DNA of 64,000 nucleotides, from contig MFPS01000008.1 in the NCBI GenBank assembly GCA_001782825.1, forward strand, positions 9,012 through 73,011, in the 5' to 3' direction. Source of the stretch: Candidatus Magasanikbacteria bacterium RIFCSPHIGHO2_01_FULL_33_34 (GTDB taxonomy: Bacteria > Patescibacteriota > Patescibacteriia > Magasanikbacterales > UBA922). The notes below the pieces were generated by a model. It was not told where the DNA came from, searched no databases, and was given only the letters and a program-made list of their open reading frames with translations. Every line of letters begins with the position of its first letter. Position 1 is the stretch's first letter. This document shows, piece by piece, positions 1-8,603 of this stretch. The position numbers and the translations under genes are program-made.

Positions 1-2
1 TG

Positions 3-1019
3 GTGACTGGGGCTATGATCTTGATCACAGAATATTATACATCTACTAAATATCATCCAGTAAAAAGCATAGCAGCTGCTTCAAAAACTGGTCATGGTAC
101 TAATGTGATTGCAGGTTTGGCAGTGGCAATGGAGTCAACTGCTTTGCCAATATTTGTGGTAGTGGCAGCAATGTTAGGTGCGCATACATTGGCTGGTATT
201 TATGGTATAGCAATCGCTGCGATGAGTATGCTTTCAATGGCTGGTATTATTGTGACTATTGATGCTTATGGTCCGATTACAGATAATGCTGGCGGAATTG
301 CCGAGATGGCTGGAATGGATGAAAGTGTTCGTGCTGTGACTGATCCATTGGATGCAGTAGGGAATACTACCAAAGCAGTTACCAAAGGTTATGCTATCGC
401 CTCAGCTGCTTTAGCAGCATTGGTATTGTTTGCTGATTTTACTTATAGTATTCCGGGTAGTTTTGAATTTTTGATAAACGATCCTAGAGTATTGGCAGGA
501 TTATTTATTGGTGGTTTGTTACCATATTATTTTGCAGCTTTGGCTATGCAAGCAGTCGGTAAAGCGGCTGGCTCTGTAGTAGAAGAAGTTAGAACTCAGT
601 TCAAGGAAAAACCAGGAATTATGCAGGGGACTGAAAAACCAGATTATGGTAGAACAGTAGATATAGTGACAAAAGCCGCTATCAAAGAAATGAGTCTGCC
701 AGCAGCAATCCCTGTAGTCGCTCCGATAGTGGTTGGTGTTTTACTTGGGGTACAAGCTTTGGGTGGTTTGCTTGTTGGTTCAATTATTACTGGTATTTTT
801 GTAGCAATTTCTATGACATCAGGTGGTGGAGCATGGGATAATGCCAAGAAATATATTGAAGAGGGTCATCATGGTGGCAAAGGTAGTTTTGCGCATCAAT
901 CAGCTGTGACTGGGGACACTGTCGGTGATCCATACAAAGATACAGCGGGTCCAGCCATTAATCCGATGATCAAGATTGTGAATATTGTGGCATTGCTGAT
1001 AGTGGCGTTGTTGGTATAA
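3..1019 (+). CDS. hppA: membrane-bound H+/Na+-translocating pyrophosphatase, C-terminal ~340 aa (5' end cut by window edge)
   Basis: ORF open to window start; polytopic Gly/Ala-rich membrane protein with V-PPase-type conserved segments ([35 protein letters not shown]); followed by hairpin+T-run. Confidence 0.85.
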   Translation: MTGAMILITEYYTSTKYHPVKSIAAASKTGHGTNVIAGLAVAMESTALPIFVVVAAMLGAHTLAGIYGIAIAAMSMLSMAGIIVTIDAYGPITDNAGGIAEMAGMDESVRAVTDPLDAVGNTTKAVTKGYAIASAALAALVLFADFTYSIPGSFEFLINDPRVLAGLFIGGLLPYYFAALAMQAVGKAAGSVVEEVRTQFKEKPGIMQGTEKPDYGRTVDIVTKAAIKEMSLPAAIPVVAPIVVGVLLGVQALGGLLVGSIITGIFVAISMTSGGGAWDNAKKYIEEGHHGGKGSFAHQSAVTGDTVGDPYKDTAGPAINPMIKIVNIVALLIVALLV

Positions 1020-1035
1020 AAAATAAAATTAAAGA

Positions 1036-1068
1036 AGTCCTGATGTTATTTTATCAGGACTTTTTTTA
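1036..1068 (+). terminator. rho-independent terminator after hppA
   Basis: AGTCCTGAT-8nt loop-ATCAGGACT followed by TTTTTTT. Confidence 0.7.
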
Positions 1069-1097
1069 TTGACAAAATATAAAAAAAATGATATTAA
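1069..1097 (+). promoter_or_regulatory. sigma70-like promoter (TTGACA-17nt-TATTAA) upstream of Nudix-like gene
   Basis: Consensus -35 hexamer and near-consensus -10 with 17-nt spacer read directly from sequence. Confidence 0.4.
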
Positions 1098-1171
1098 AAA
1101 AATGTACGTTTTAGACAGAGGTCTAAAGTAAGCGTACAAACCTAACCGCAGAGGCGGAAAGGAAAAGTAAA

Positions 1172-1897
1172 ATGAGAGACCAGAGGGAAGTACAGAGGAA
1201 AGAGTTCCTCGATCAAGTCAACAACATGTTGACTGAAAGAAACTTGAAGGCATTGCCGAAGCTTGGTGATGTTGACAAGGGTGAGATTGAACTCACGGCT
1301 GTCGAGGAAGTTCTCGATGGTATGAGTCGGTTTCACACGGACGTGCGTTTTAAGTGTATCTTTCCGGGCGGGGGCACCGGAAGTTTCCAGATACGTTGGA
1401 ACGCCAATAGTGCCGTGTCAGATGGTGCGGTTTTTTTGCCAATTATCAATGGGAAAGTCGCTGTGGTAAAGCAGTGGCGTCCGACCATGGGTAGGTGGAC
1501 ATATGAGGTACCTCGGGGGTTTGGTGAAGCGTTGGATAAAGCAAAGGTCAATGGCCAGTACGGTCAGATCAAAATTGCGGATCTTCCGCTTAACAACCTC
1601 TTTCGGGAGCTTGGAGAGGAAGTCAAGAAGGGTGCAGAGGTATCCTCGATTGTTTTCCTTGGCAATGTCGCCGAAAACACTGGTACACATACTGCTATGC
1701 CATCCTTCTACATTGTCAACTTCAAGGTTGACGAAGACGTTCTAGAGCAGAGACTCAAGGGTGCTGAAGAAGGCATCAAGGTTCAGTTGTGGACCATCGA
1801 CAAAGTTAAGAGTGAACTTGGTGGCAAGTTGAATGACTTGCATACCATCGGGGCAGTAGCCCTGGCGCTCAAGCATATGTCCGAGCTTCCGCGCTAG
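1172..1897 (+). CDS. Nudix-family hydrolase-like protein (divergent; Nudix helix RELGEEV preceded by GRWTYEVPRGFGE)
   Basis: 241-aa ORF with strong G-rich SD (GGAAAGGAAAAG); Nudix-box-like motif with an unusual insertion between the G-x-E loop and the REx2EE helix; markedly higher GC and GC-ending codons than surrounding genes. Confidence 0.5.
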   Translation: MRDQREVQRKEFLDQVNNMLTERNLKALPKLGDVDKGEIELTAVEEVLDGMSRFHTDVRFKCIFPGGGTGSFQIRWNANSAVSDGAVFLPIINGKVAVVKQWRPTMGRWTYEVPRGFGEALDKAKVNGQYGQIKIADLPLNNLFRELGEEVKKGAEVSSIVFLGNVAENTGTHTAMPSFYIVNFKVDEDVLEQRLKGAEEGIKVQLWTIDKVKSELGGKLNDLHTIGAVALALKHMSELPR

Positions 1898-1925
1898 TCG
1901 CGAGCAGGATAATGCCAGTTGTATC

Positions 1926-1951
1926 GGGCACCGTTTCGGCGGTGCTTTTTT
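1926..1951 (+). terminator. rho-independent terminator after Nudix-like gene
   Basis: GGGCACCG-loop-CGGTGC followed by TTTTTT. Confidence 0.65.
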
Positions 1952-1964
1952 AATTAAATTAAAG

Positions 1965-2004
1965 AAGGCCTCTATGCGAGTAGCACGAGGCCTTTGTGTT
2001 TTTT
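1965..2004. terminator. second hairpin (GGCCTC...GAGGCC), probable bidirectional terminator between Nudix-like and nhaA
   Basis: 6-bp GC stem with 14-nt loop, T-rich tract on + side (TTTGTGTTTTTT); lies just 3' of the convergent nhaA stop. Confidence 0.5.
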
Positions 2005-2031
2005 CCTCCTTGTCGAACTTTGTTTGTCCGA

Positions 2032-3213
2032 CTAGTTGTTTTTTTTGATCCGCAGAACTTTGCCTGCGATAATGGATACGATTGCCATGCCGGCAGAGAA
2101 CAGCGCGCCCATTTTGGCAGAGCCAGTAATGGTGGCGTCTGTAAAAGCTACTCCAGCCACAAACAAGGCTACTGTTAGTCCAATGGATGCAATCATGCCT
2201 GCAACTACCAAGTCAATCTTGCTCATACCTGTTGGCAATGGTGAACCTAGGAGTTTATCTGCAATCAATGATAACAGAGTGACTCCAAAGGTCTTGCCAA
2301 TTACCAGAGAGATCAGGACTGCCCAAGTAGCACTCCCAACATTTGAGAAGACAACCCCAGCATTCGCCAGCCCAAATGCGAATAGGCCGATGTCAACTGG
2401 AAGTTTGAACACCTCCTCAAATCTGTTTAGAGTATCTTTGTGGCCTTTGCCATGTTCAGCGAATAGTCCTTCATCTCGCTTGGGCCCCGGCATGCAGGGC
2501 ACAATCGGTACAAGGGCTAAGGCTGGATGAAGTCCAGCGAAGTACAGACCTATCCAACTGATAACTCCCGCTACTAGGTGGGGTTTGAAGCTGTTGTTAT
2601 TGTTTTTGATTGCGATGTGTTTGAACATCACAACAGAGAATAAAGCTACAGCTACTAGTATTAGGTAGTTTACTTGCACAGGGTGCTTGGGGTCTGGATA
2701 GAAAATAGCAATAATACCCAGTCCAATGGCATCGTCAGCGATTGCCAAAAGCAGTAGGAAACTCACTGCTGGGTGTTTGGAGCCAAATACTACTTTAGCG
2801 ACCAACCATGCGATTGCTATGTCTGTAGCAGTCGGGATACCCCAACCATTTTTTATGCTTATGTCGCCATTGAAGTGAACATAAGTAAAGTACACACAAA
2901 TTGGGCCAACAACTCCACCAAGGGTAGCAAGAAGCGGGTTCACCGCTTTCTTTATCGGATTTAGATTGCCTCCAGGCAGAAATGACTCAGTAATTTCTTT
3001 GGTAGCAATGCCAAAGAAAAATACCATAAAGATGTCATTTACTAGAAAGTGAAAATTGAATTCACCGCCAAATGGTGACCAGTGTATAAAGTTATAATAA
3101 CTATTGTGACCAAGATTGGCCCACAACAATGCTGTTACTACACCAGTAATCAATGGAATGGCAAACTGTTGAAGGGTTGCTATTGGATTTCTTTTGGACA
3201 TCTTCTCCCCCAA
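2032..3213 (-). CDS. nhaA: Na+/H+ antiporter NhaA
   Basis: 393-aa polytopic membrane protein with NhaA-type conserved blocks (e.g. GGNLNPIKKAVNPLLATLGGVVGPI, ALFSVVMFK); GC-rich relative to neighbours; strong SD (GGGGGAGAAG) unlike native genes. Confidence 0.85.
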   Translation of the reverse strand: MGEKMSKRNPIATLQQFAIPLITGVVTALLWANLGHNSYYNFIHWSPFGGEFNFHFLVNDIFMVFFFGIATKEITESFLPGGNLNPIKKAVNPLLATLGGVVGPICVYFTYVHFNGDISIKNGWGIPTATDIAIAWLVAKVVFGSKHPAVSFLLLLAIADDAIGLGIIAIFYPDPKHPVQVNYLILVAVALFSVVMFKHIAIKNNNNSFKPHLVAGVISWIGLYFAGLHPALALVPIVPCMPGPKRDEGLFAEHGKGHKDTLNRFEEVFKLPVDIGLFAFGLANAGVVFSNVGSATWAVLISLVIGKTFGVTLLSLIADKLLGSPLPTGMSKIDLVVAGMIASIGLTVALFVAGVAFTDATITGSAKMGALFSAGMAIVSIIAGKVLRIKKNN

Positions 3214-3315
3214 TGGTTGTTTGTTTTTCTATGCGCAAAATGTGCATAGTCGCATATTCTAACAATAAATTATTAAGTTTGTCAAGATATAAAAAGATTT
3301 TTATTATTGATTTAG

Positions 3316-3344
3316 TTGACTTTTTGGCTTAATTAATATATAAT
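3316..3344 (+). promoter_or_regulatory. sigma70-like promoter (TTGACT-17nt-TATAAT) for infB
   Basis: Near-perfect -35/-10 hexamers with 17-nt spacer ~30 nt upstream of infB ATG. Confidence 0.5.
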
Positions 3345-3373
3345 CTACTCATTAAATTATTATTCATATATTC

Positions 3374-5395
3374 ATGAATGTAACTGAATTGGCTAGACAG
3401 CTTAGAATAAATACAAAACAAATGTTGGAAATATTACCTGCACATGGTTTTGATATTGGTGCAAAAGCGGTAAAAATTGATGATAGGGTTGCCAATCAGA
3501 TAATGCGTCAATGGAAATACATTAAAAAAGCTATTGAGGATAAAGAAAAAAAAGCCAAGGCAGAACAATTGTTGAAAGAAAAGGAAATGCGTAAACAAGT
3601 TGGCGAGTCTGTTGCTTTGCCTAGTTTGATTACTGTTCGTGATTTTGCCAGTAGATTAAATTTACCAGTAACACAATTGATTACTGAACTTATGAAAAAT
3701 GGCATTTTAGCCAATCAAAATCAAAATATTGATTATGATACCGCGGCTATTATGGCAGAGGAACTTGGTTTTACAGTTTTGAAAGAAACTGGGGATAGAA
3801 TGGTAGAAGACGACAATAGTCATGTATTGGAAAATGCATTACAAAAAGGTGAAAATAAAACTAGAAGAGCTCCGGTAGTTGTAGTTATGGGACACGTCGA
3901 TCATGGTAAAACTAAGTTATTGGATAGTATAAGACAAACAAATATAGTTGATACTGAATCAGGTGGAATTACTCAACATATAGGCGCATATCAAACTATT
4001 TGGAAAGATCCAAAAACAAAAGAAGAAAGACCAATGACTTTTATTGATACTCCTGGTCATGAAGCTTTTACAGTGATGAGATCTCGTGGGGCTAAAATTG
4101 CTGATTTGGCTATTTTGGTAGTGGCAGCCGATGATAGTGTAAAACCACAAACAGAAGAAGTTATTCAGATTATAAAAGCGGCTAAGCTTCCGTTTGTAGT
4201 GGCTATAAACAAAATTGACAAAGAAACAGCCGATATCCAACGAGTAAAAACAGAGCTTTCACAACGTGATGTCTTGGCAGAAGAATGGGGTGGATCAGTC
4301 CCAATGGTAGAGATTTCTGCCAAAGAAAAATTAAATATTGATAAATTACTTGATGTATTACTTTTGGTTTCTGATATGAATGCCGATAGTATGCAAGCAG
4401 ATACGAGTATTCCAGCTGTTGGTACTGTGATTGAGTCGCATGTTGACAAAGGTACTGGGCCGGTAACCACTATATTGGTTCAAGCAGGTACCCTTAAAAA
4501 AGGTGATCCACTGGTATTGAATGGTGAAATATATGGCAAAGTTAGAGCCATGCATGATTATAAAGGTGAAGAAATTTTAGAAGCAGGACCAAGTGTGCCA
4601 GTGCAAATCATTGGATTTAAAGTGGCCCCTGAAGTTGGTGATATAATGGATGTTGGTCTTGCAAAAGGTGCTCAAAAAATTGATGCAAAACAAAAATATT
4701 CACAACAAACCGGTGCAGAAAATAGGTCTGCCTTTCAATCAAATGAAAGTGAAGAAGATGGAAAAAATAAAAAATATTTAAATATTGTTATAAAAGCCGA
4801 TGTATTGGGTTCACTTGAAGCTATTATTGGTGCTCTTGAGAATATTCAGCATGAAGAAGTGCGGGTAAAGATTATTGGTAAAGGCCTTGGAAATATAAAT
4901 GAAAATGATATTGCCAAAGTTGAAAGTTCTGGTGGCGCGATTCTGGCTTTTAAGGTTGGGGCAACACCAATGGCAGGGGAGAGTATTCGTGACAAGAAAA
5001 TACAATTTTTAAAGTTTGACATAATTTATGATTTGATTGATTGGGCAAAAGACGAGTTAGAAAAAATGTTGGAAAAAGAATTGGTGACAACAGAAATTGG
5101 CAATTTAAAAGTATTAGCAATTTTTAGAACTGATAAAGGCGCTATGACATTGGGTGGTAGAGTGGAGATAGGTAAAGTTATAAAAGATGCTTTGGTCAGA
5201 ATAAAAAGAGAAAAAGAAATTGTTGGTATAGGCAAGGTATCAAAATTACAAACTGGACAATCAGAAACAAAACAAGTGCCACAGGGATCAGAATGTGGTC
5301 TGCGTATTGAAAGTAAAACAAAAATAGAAGCGGGTGATATTTTAGAATTTTATACAGAAGAACTTGTGGTTAGAAAAATGAATTTAAAAAAATAA
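3374..5395 (+). CDS. infB: translation initiation factor IF-2
   Basis: G-domain motifs GHVDHGKT, DTPGHEAF, NKID; IF-2 N-terminal segment and C-terminal beta-barrel domains; 673 aa. Confidence 0.95.
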   Translation: MNVTELARQLRINTKQMLEILPAHGFDIGAKAVKIDDRVANQIMRQWKYIKKAIEDKEKKAKAEQLLKEKEMRKQVGESVALPSLITVRDFASRLNLPVTQLITELMKNGILANQNQNIDYDTAAIMAEELGFTVLKETGDRMVEDDNSHVLENALQKGENKTRRAPVVVVMGHVDHGKTKLLDSIRQTNIVDTESGGITQHIGAYQTIWKDPKTKEERPMTFIDTPGHEAFTVMRSRGAKIADLAILVVAADDSVKPQTEEVIQIIKAAKLPFVVAINKIDKETADIQRVKTELSQRDVLAEEWGGSVPMVEISAKEKLNIDKLLDVLLLVSDMNADSMQADTSIPAVGTVIESHVDKGTGPVTTILVQAGTLKKGDPLVLNGEIYGKVRAMHDYKGEEILEAGPSVPVQIIGFKVAPEVGDIMDVGLAKGAQKIDAKQKYSQQTGAENRSAFQSNESEEDGKNKKYLNIVIKADVLGSLEAIIGALENIQHEEVRVKIIGKGLGNINENDIAKVESSGGAILAFKVGATPMAGESIRDKKIQFLKFDIIYDLIDWAKDELEKMLEKELVTTEIGNLKVLAIFRTDKGAMTLGGRVEIGKVIKDALVRIKREKEIVGIGKVSKLQTGQSETKQVPQGSECGLRIESKTKIEAGDILEFYTEELVVRKMNLKK

Positions 5396-5490
5396 TGTGT
5401 ATTATATTGGCTTGGCATAAGGGCTTGCTAAAATAATTCAGAAATAATATAATAATGAATGCTAAATCATTATTTTTTTAATTAAATAGT

Positions 5491-5814
5491 ATGAATGAAT
5501 TAAAGCTTACAGATGGAAATTTTGAGGGAGAGGTATTAAAGTCAGCAGTACCAGTATTGGTTGATTTTTGGGCACCATGGTGTGGTCCTTGTCAAATGAT
5601 GGGTCCTATTGTGGAAGAATTATCAAGTGAATATGACCAAAGTAAAATTAAAGTTGGTAAACTTGATGTTGATCAAAATCAAGCAGTAGCAGGAAAATAC
5701 CAAGTAATGAGTATTCCTACTTTTTTGATATTTAAAGGTGGAGAAGTGGTTGATAAAATGGTTGGTGGAGTACAGAAAGAAAAATTAAAGGAAATGATGA
5801 ATAAATACGTTTAA
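5491..5814 (+). CDS. trxA: thioredoxin
   Basis: 107 aa with WAPWCGPC active site. Confidence 0.9.
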   Translation: MNELKLTDGNFEGEVLKSAVPVLVDFWAPWCGPCQMMGPIVEELSSEYDQSKIKVGKLDVDQNQAVAGKYQVMSIPTFLIFKGGEVVDKMVGGVQKEKLKEMMNKYV

Positions 5815-5823
5815 TGTAAATTT

Positions 5824-7092
5824 ATGTCAAATCCTTTTAGTAATGCAATGAGACAGTTGGATAAGGCTGCTGATATCATCAATTTGGATAAAAATATTCA
5901 TGAAATATTGAAGTCACCTGATAGGGTAGTTTCTATTTCTATACCTGTAAAAATGGATAATGGGGATATAAAAGTATTTGCAGGGTTTCGTAGTCAATAC
6001 AATAATACATTAGGTGTGTATAAAGGTGGTATTAGATATCATCATGGAGTAACTATTGATGAAGTAAAAGCTTTATCATTTTGGATGGCAATCAAATGTG
6101 CGGTTGTAAATATTCCAATGGGCGGTGCTAAAGGCGGGGTTATAGTTTCTCCAAAAGAATTATCTGAAGGTGAGATTGAAAGATTGTCTCGTGGTTATAT
6201 ACAAAAAATATGGCGATTAATTGGATCAGATAAAGATGTGCCAGCGCCGGATGTATATACAACTCCACAGATTATGGCTTTGATGCGCGATGAATATGAA
6301 AAATTAGTCGGACATACAGATCCAGGTGTTATTACTGGTAAACCGATTGAAAATGGTGGTTCTGAGGGTAGGTCTTTTTCAACTGCGCAAGGTGGGGTAT
6401 ATTGTGTAGATGAATTAGCCAAGAAAATGAATTGGGTTTCAGAGAATACAACGATTGCAATTCAAGGGTATGGTAATGCCGGGTCTCATATGGCTCGTAT
6501 TTTACATGGATTAGGTTATAAAATTGTGGCGATTAGTGATTCAAAAGGTGGTGTCTATAATGAAGATGGGATTGATCCAGCCAAAGCTGAACAAATAAAA
6601 AAATCTGGTGGACGACTTGGTTGTTATTGCGTGGGTACGGTTTGTGATATTGTTGATATCAGTACCGATGGCCCATGTAGAGCCATTAGTAATGATGAGA
6701 TTCTTGAATTGGATGTTGATATTTTAATTCCAGCTGCGCTTGAGAATGTTATTACTATTGAAAATGCTGACAAAATAAAAGCAAAGACAATCGTAGAGCT
6801 TGCAAATGGACCAACTACGCCAGAAGCCGATGAAATTTTGAATAAAAATGGTGTGGTAATTGTTCCAGATGTATTGGCAAATGCTGGTGGTGTAACAGTA
6901 AGTTATTTTGAATGGGATCAAAATGTAAAAGGTGAACATTGGACTGAAATGGAAGTTTTGAATAAGTTGGAAAAAATAATGAAAAATGCTTTTGATGATG
7001 TGTGGAGTATAAAAGAAAAATATAATATTGATATGAGAACATCTGCGTTTGTTTCGGCAGTTGAAAGAATTGCTAAAAAGATAAAAATTTAA
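5824..7092 (+). CDS. gdhA: NAD(P)-dependent glutamate dehydrogenase (Glu/Leu/Phe/Val dehydrogenase family)
   Basis: Catalytic lysine motif PMGGAKGG, Rossmann GYGNAGSH; 422 aa. Confidence 0.9.
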   Translation: MSNPFSNAMRQLDKAADIINLDKNIHEILKSPDRVVSISIPVKMDNGDIKVFAGFRSQYNNTLGVYKGGIRYHHGVTIDEVKALSFWMAIKCAVVNIPMGGAKGGVIVSPKELSEGEIERLSRGYIQKIWRLIGSDKDVPAPDVYTTPQIMALMRDEYEKLVGHTDPGVITGKPIENGGSEGRSFSTAQGGVYCVDELAKKMNWVSENTTIAIQGYGNAGSHMARILHGLGYKIVAISDSKGGVYNEDGIDPAKAEQIKKSGGRLGCYCVGTVCDIVDISTDGPCRAISNDEILELDVDILIPAALENVITIENADKIKAKTIVELANGPTTPEADEILNKNGVVIVPDVLANAGGVTVSYFEWDQNVKGEHWTEMEVLNKLEKIMKNAFDDVWSIKEKYNIDMRTSAFVSAVERIAKKIKI

Positions 7093-7099
7093 ATTTTAT

Positions 7100-7130
7100 T
7101 TAAAAAATAGTTTATTTAAACTATTTTTTA
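7100..7130. terminator. AT-rich perfect palindrome between convergent gdhA and sigma-factor gene (weak bidirectional terminator)
   Basis: AAAAAATAGTTTA-tt-TAAACTATTTTTT; overlaps stop codon of the minus-strand gene. Confidence 0.3.
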
Positions 7131-7739
7131 TTCCTCAAATATATTACGTAGTTTTTGTTTTATTCTAAAAATAATACTAGCTACTGTATTGCTTTTTATA
7201 CCTTCTTCTTGTGCTAGTTTAGCGACACTTTTCCCAGCCACTCTTCCTTTTATTATAGCCTGTTCTCTCTCGGTAAGAGTTTCTATTGCTTGATTTATTT
7301 TATCTCGTATTCTAGCTTCATCAATAGCATTATCAAATAGTTGATCATTATTTGGAATTGTGCTTGTATCTGGATAAATATTTTCCTTAAATTCTTCATA
7401 TTCTTTTTCTTTTGTTCTTTTTTCTTTTCTAAAAGTATCCATAATAGTATTATATGTAATTGAAAAAAGCCAAGATTTAAAGTTGACTTCATCTTTAAAT
7501 GTATCAAGTTTATTCCATACTTTTAGCCATGTACTTTGTAATATATCTTCAGTTTTTGATGGAGAATGTGTTTTTGATATTATAAAAGCATAAAGATCAC
7601 GATTGTATATATTGTATAGTTTTGTGAATGCTTTTTTATCTCCATTTTTTGCTTGTCCTATTAATTCCGTTATGTTCTCTTCTGATTCGCTTGGGTTTAT
7701 TTGTTTTTCTGGATTATATGTGATTTTTTCATTAGACAT
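7128..7739 (-). CDS. ECF-type RNA polymerase sigma-70 family factor
   Basis: Region 2 (YNRDLYAFIISKTHSPSKTEDILQSTWLKVW) and region 4 HTH (EREQAIIKGRVAGKSVAKLAQEEGIKSNTVASIIFRIKQKLR). Confidence 0.8.
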   Translation of the reverse strand: MSNEKITYNPEKQINPSESEENITELIGQAKNGDKKAFTKLYNIYNRDLYAFIISKTHSPSKTEDILQSTWLKVWNKLDTFKDEVNFKSWLFSITYNTIMDTFRKEKRTKEKEYEEFKENIYPDTSTIPNNDQLFDNAIDEARIRDKINQAIETLTEREQAIIKGRVAGKSVAKLAQEEGIKSNTVASIIFRIKQKLRNIFEE

Positions 7740-7840
7740 AAAAATAAATAATGATTTATATAATTAAATCATTATAAGGATATATTGTCAAAAAATTTAA
7801 CTTGATTCTTTCTAGCTATTTTGTTAATATAGGGTTTATT

Positions 7841-8602
7841 ATGCAAGATTTTTTGAAAGAGACAATCAGAGAAGCCGGGGGTATTGCCAAGGAATATTTT
7901 TATCAAGGAGTTGTTCATAGGATGAAAACTTCTTTGGGTGATTTGGTTACAGACGCTGATATTGCAGTCAGTAATTTTTTGATAGAAAAAATACATGAAA
8001 AGTATCCAGATCATCAAATTCATACAGAAGAAGAGGGCGATGATATAAATCCTGGAGCTCAATATGAGTGGGTACTTGATCCGATTGATGGTACGCGTAA
8101 TTTTGCCATGGGAATATCTTTTTGGTGTATTATGGTAGCCGTACTCAAAGATGGCGAATTGTATATGTCAGCTATATATAACCCTTTGGCAGATGAATTG
8201 TTTTTTGCTGAAGCAAATAAAGGGGCATTTATGAATGATAAAAAAATAAAAGTAAATGATGTTGATGTTTTGGATCATGGTAATGGTGTATTGATGCGTG
8301 GTATCAATACTGATCGTGAAGAAGAATATAAAAATATGTTAGCAAAAGTGTCGGTTGGTAGTAATATGTGGATGCTTAATTTTGGCACGATGTTGAGTTT
8401 GTGTCATTTGGCAATGGGTGGTATGGAATATTTTGCAGTTAATGTTGGTTTTGATCATGATTATTTGCCGGGAGTGTTAATTGCCAAAGAGGCTGGAGCA
8501 GTCGTGACTGATAGTCAGGGTGAACCATGGACTCGATATAAGCGTGATATAGTAGTATCAAATTCAAATTTACATTCAAAACTTTTAGAACTATTCAAAT
8601 AA
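7841..8602 (+). CDS. suhB: inositol monophosphatase family protein (SuhB-like)
   Basis: Motifs WVLDPIDGTRNF and metal-binding EEEGD; ATG at 7841 preferred over upstream in-frame ATG at 7802 (AGGG 9 nt upstream). Confidence 0.8.
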   Translation: MQDFLKETIREAGGIAKEYFYQGVVHRMKTSLGDLVTDADIAVSNFLIEKIHEKYPDHQIHTEEEGDDINPGAQYEWVLDPIDGTRNFAMGISFWCIMVAVLKDGELYMSAIYNPLADELFFAEANKGAFMNDKKIKVNDVDVLDHGNGVLMRGINTDREEEYKNMLAKVSVGSNMWMLNFGTMLSLCHLAMGGMEYFAVNVGFDHDYLPGVLIAKEAGAVVTDSQGEPWTRYKRDIVVSNSNLHSKLLELFK

Positions 8603-8603
8603 T

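Noticed and set aside
644-847. Numerous 60-140-aa ORFs on the strand opposite to large conserved genes (e.g. 644-847, 2036-2530, 3508-3714, 4165-4470, 28024-28446, 46164-46547, 59484-59696)
   Set aside because: Shadow ORFs inside well-supported genes; low-complexity translations with no motifs
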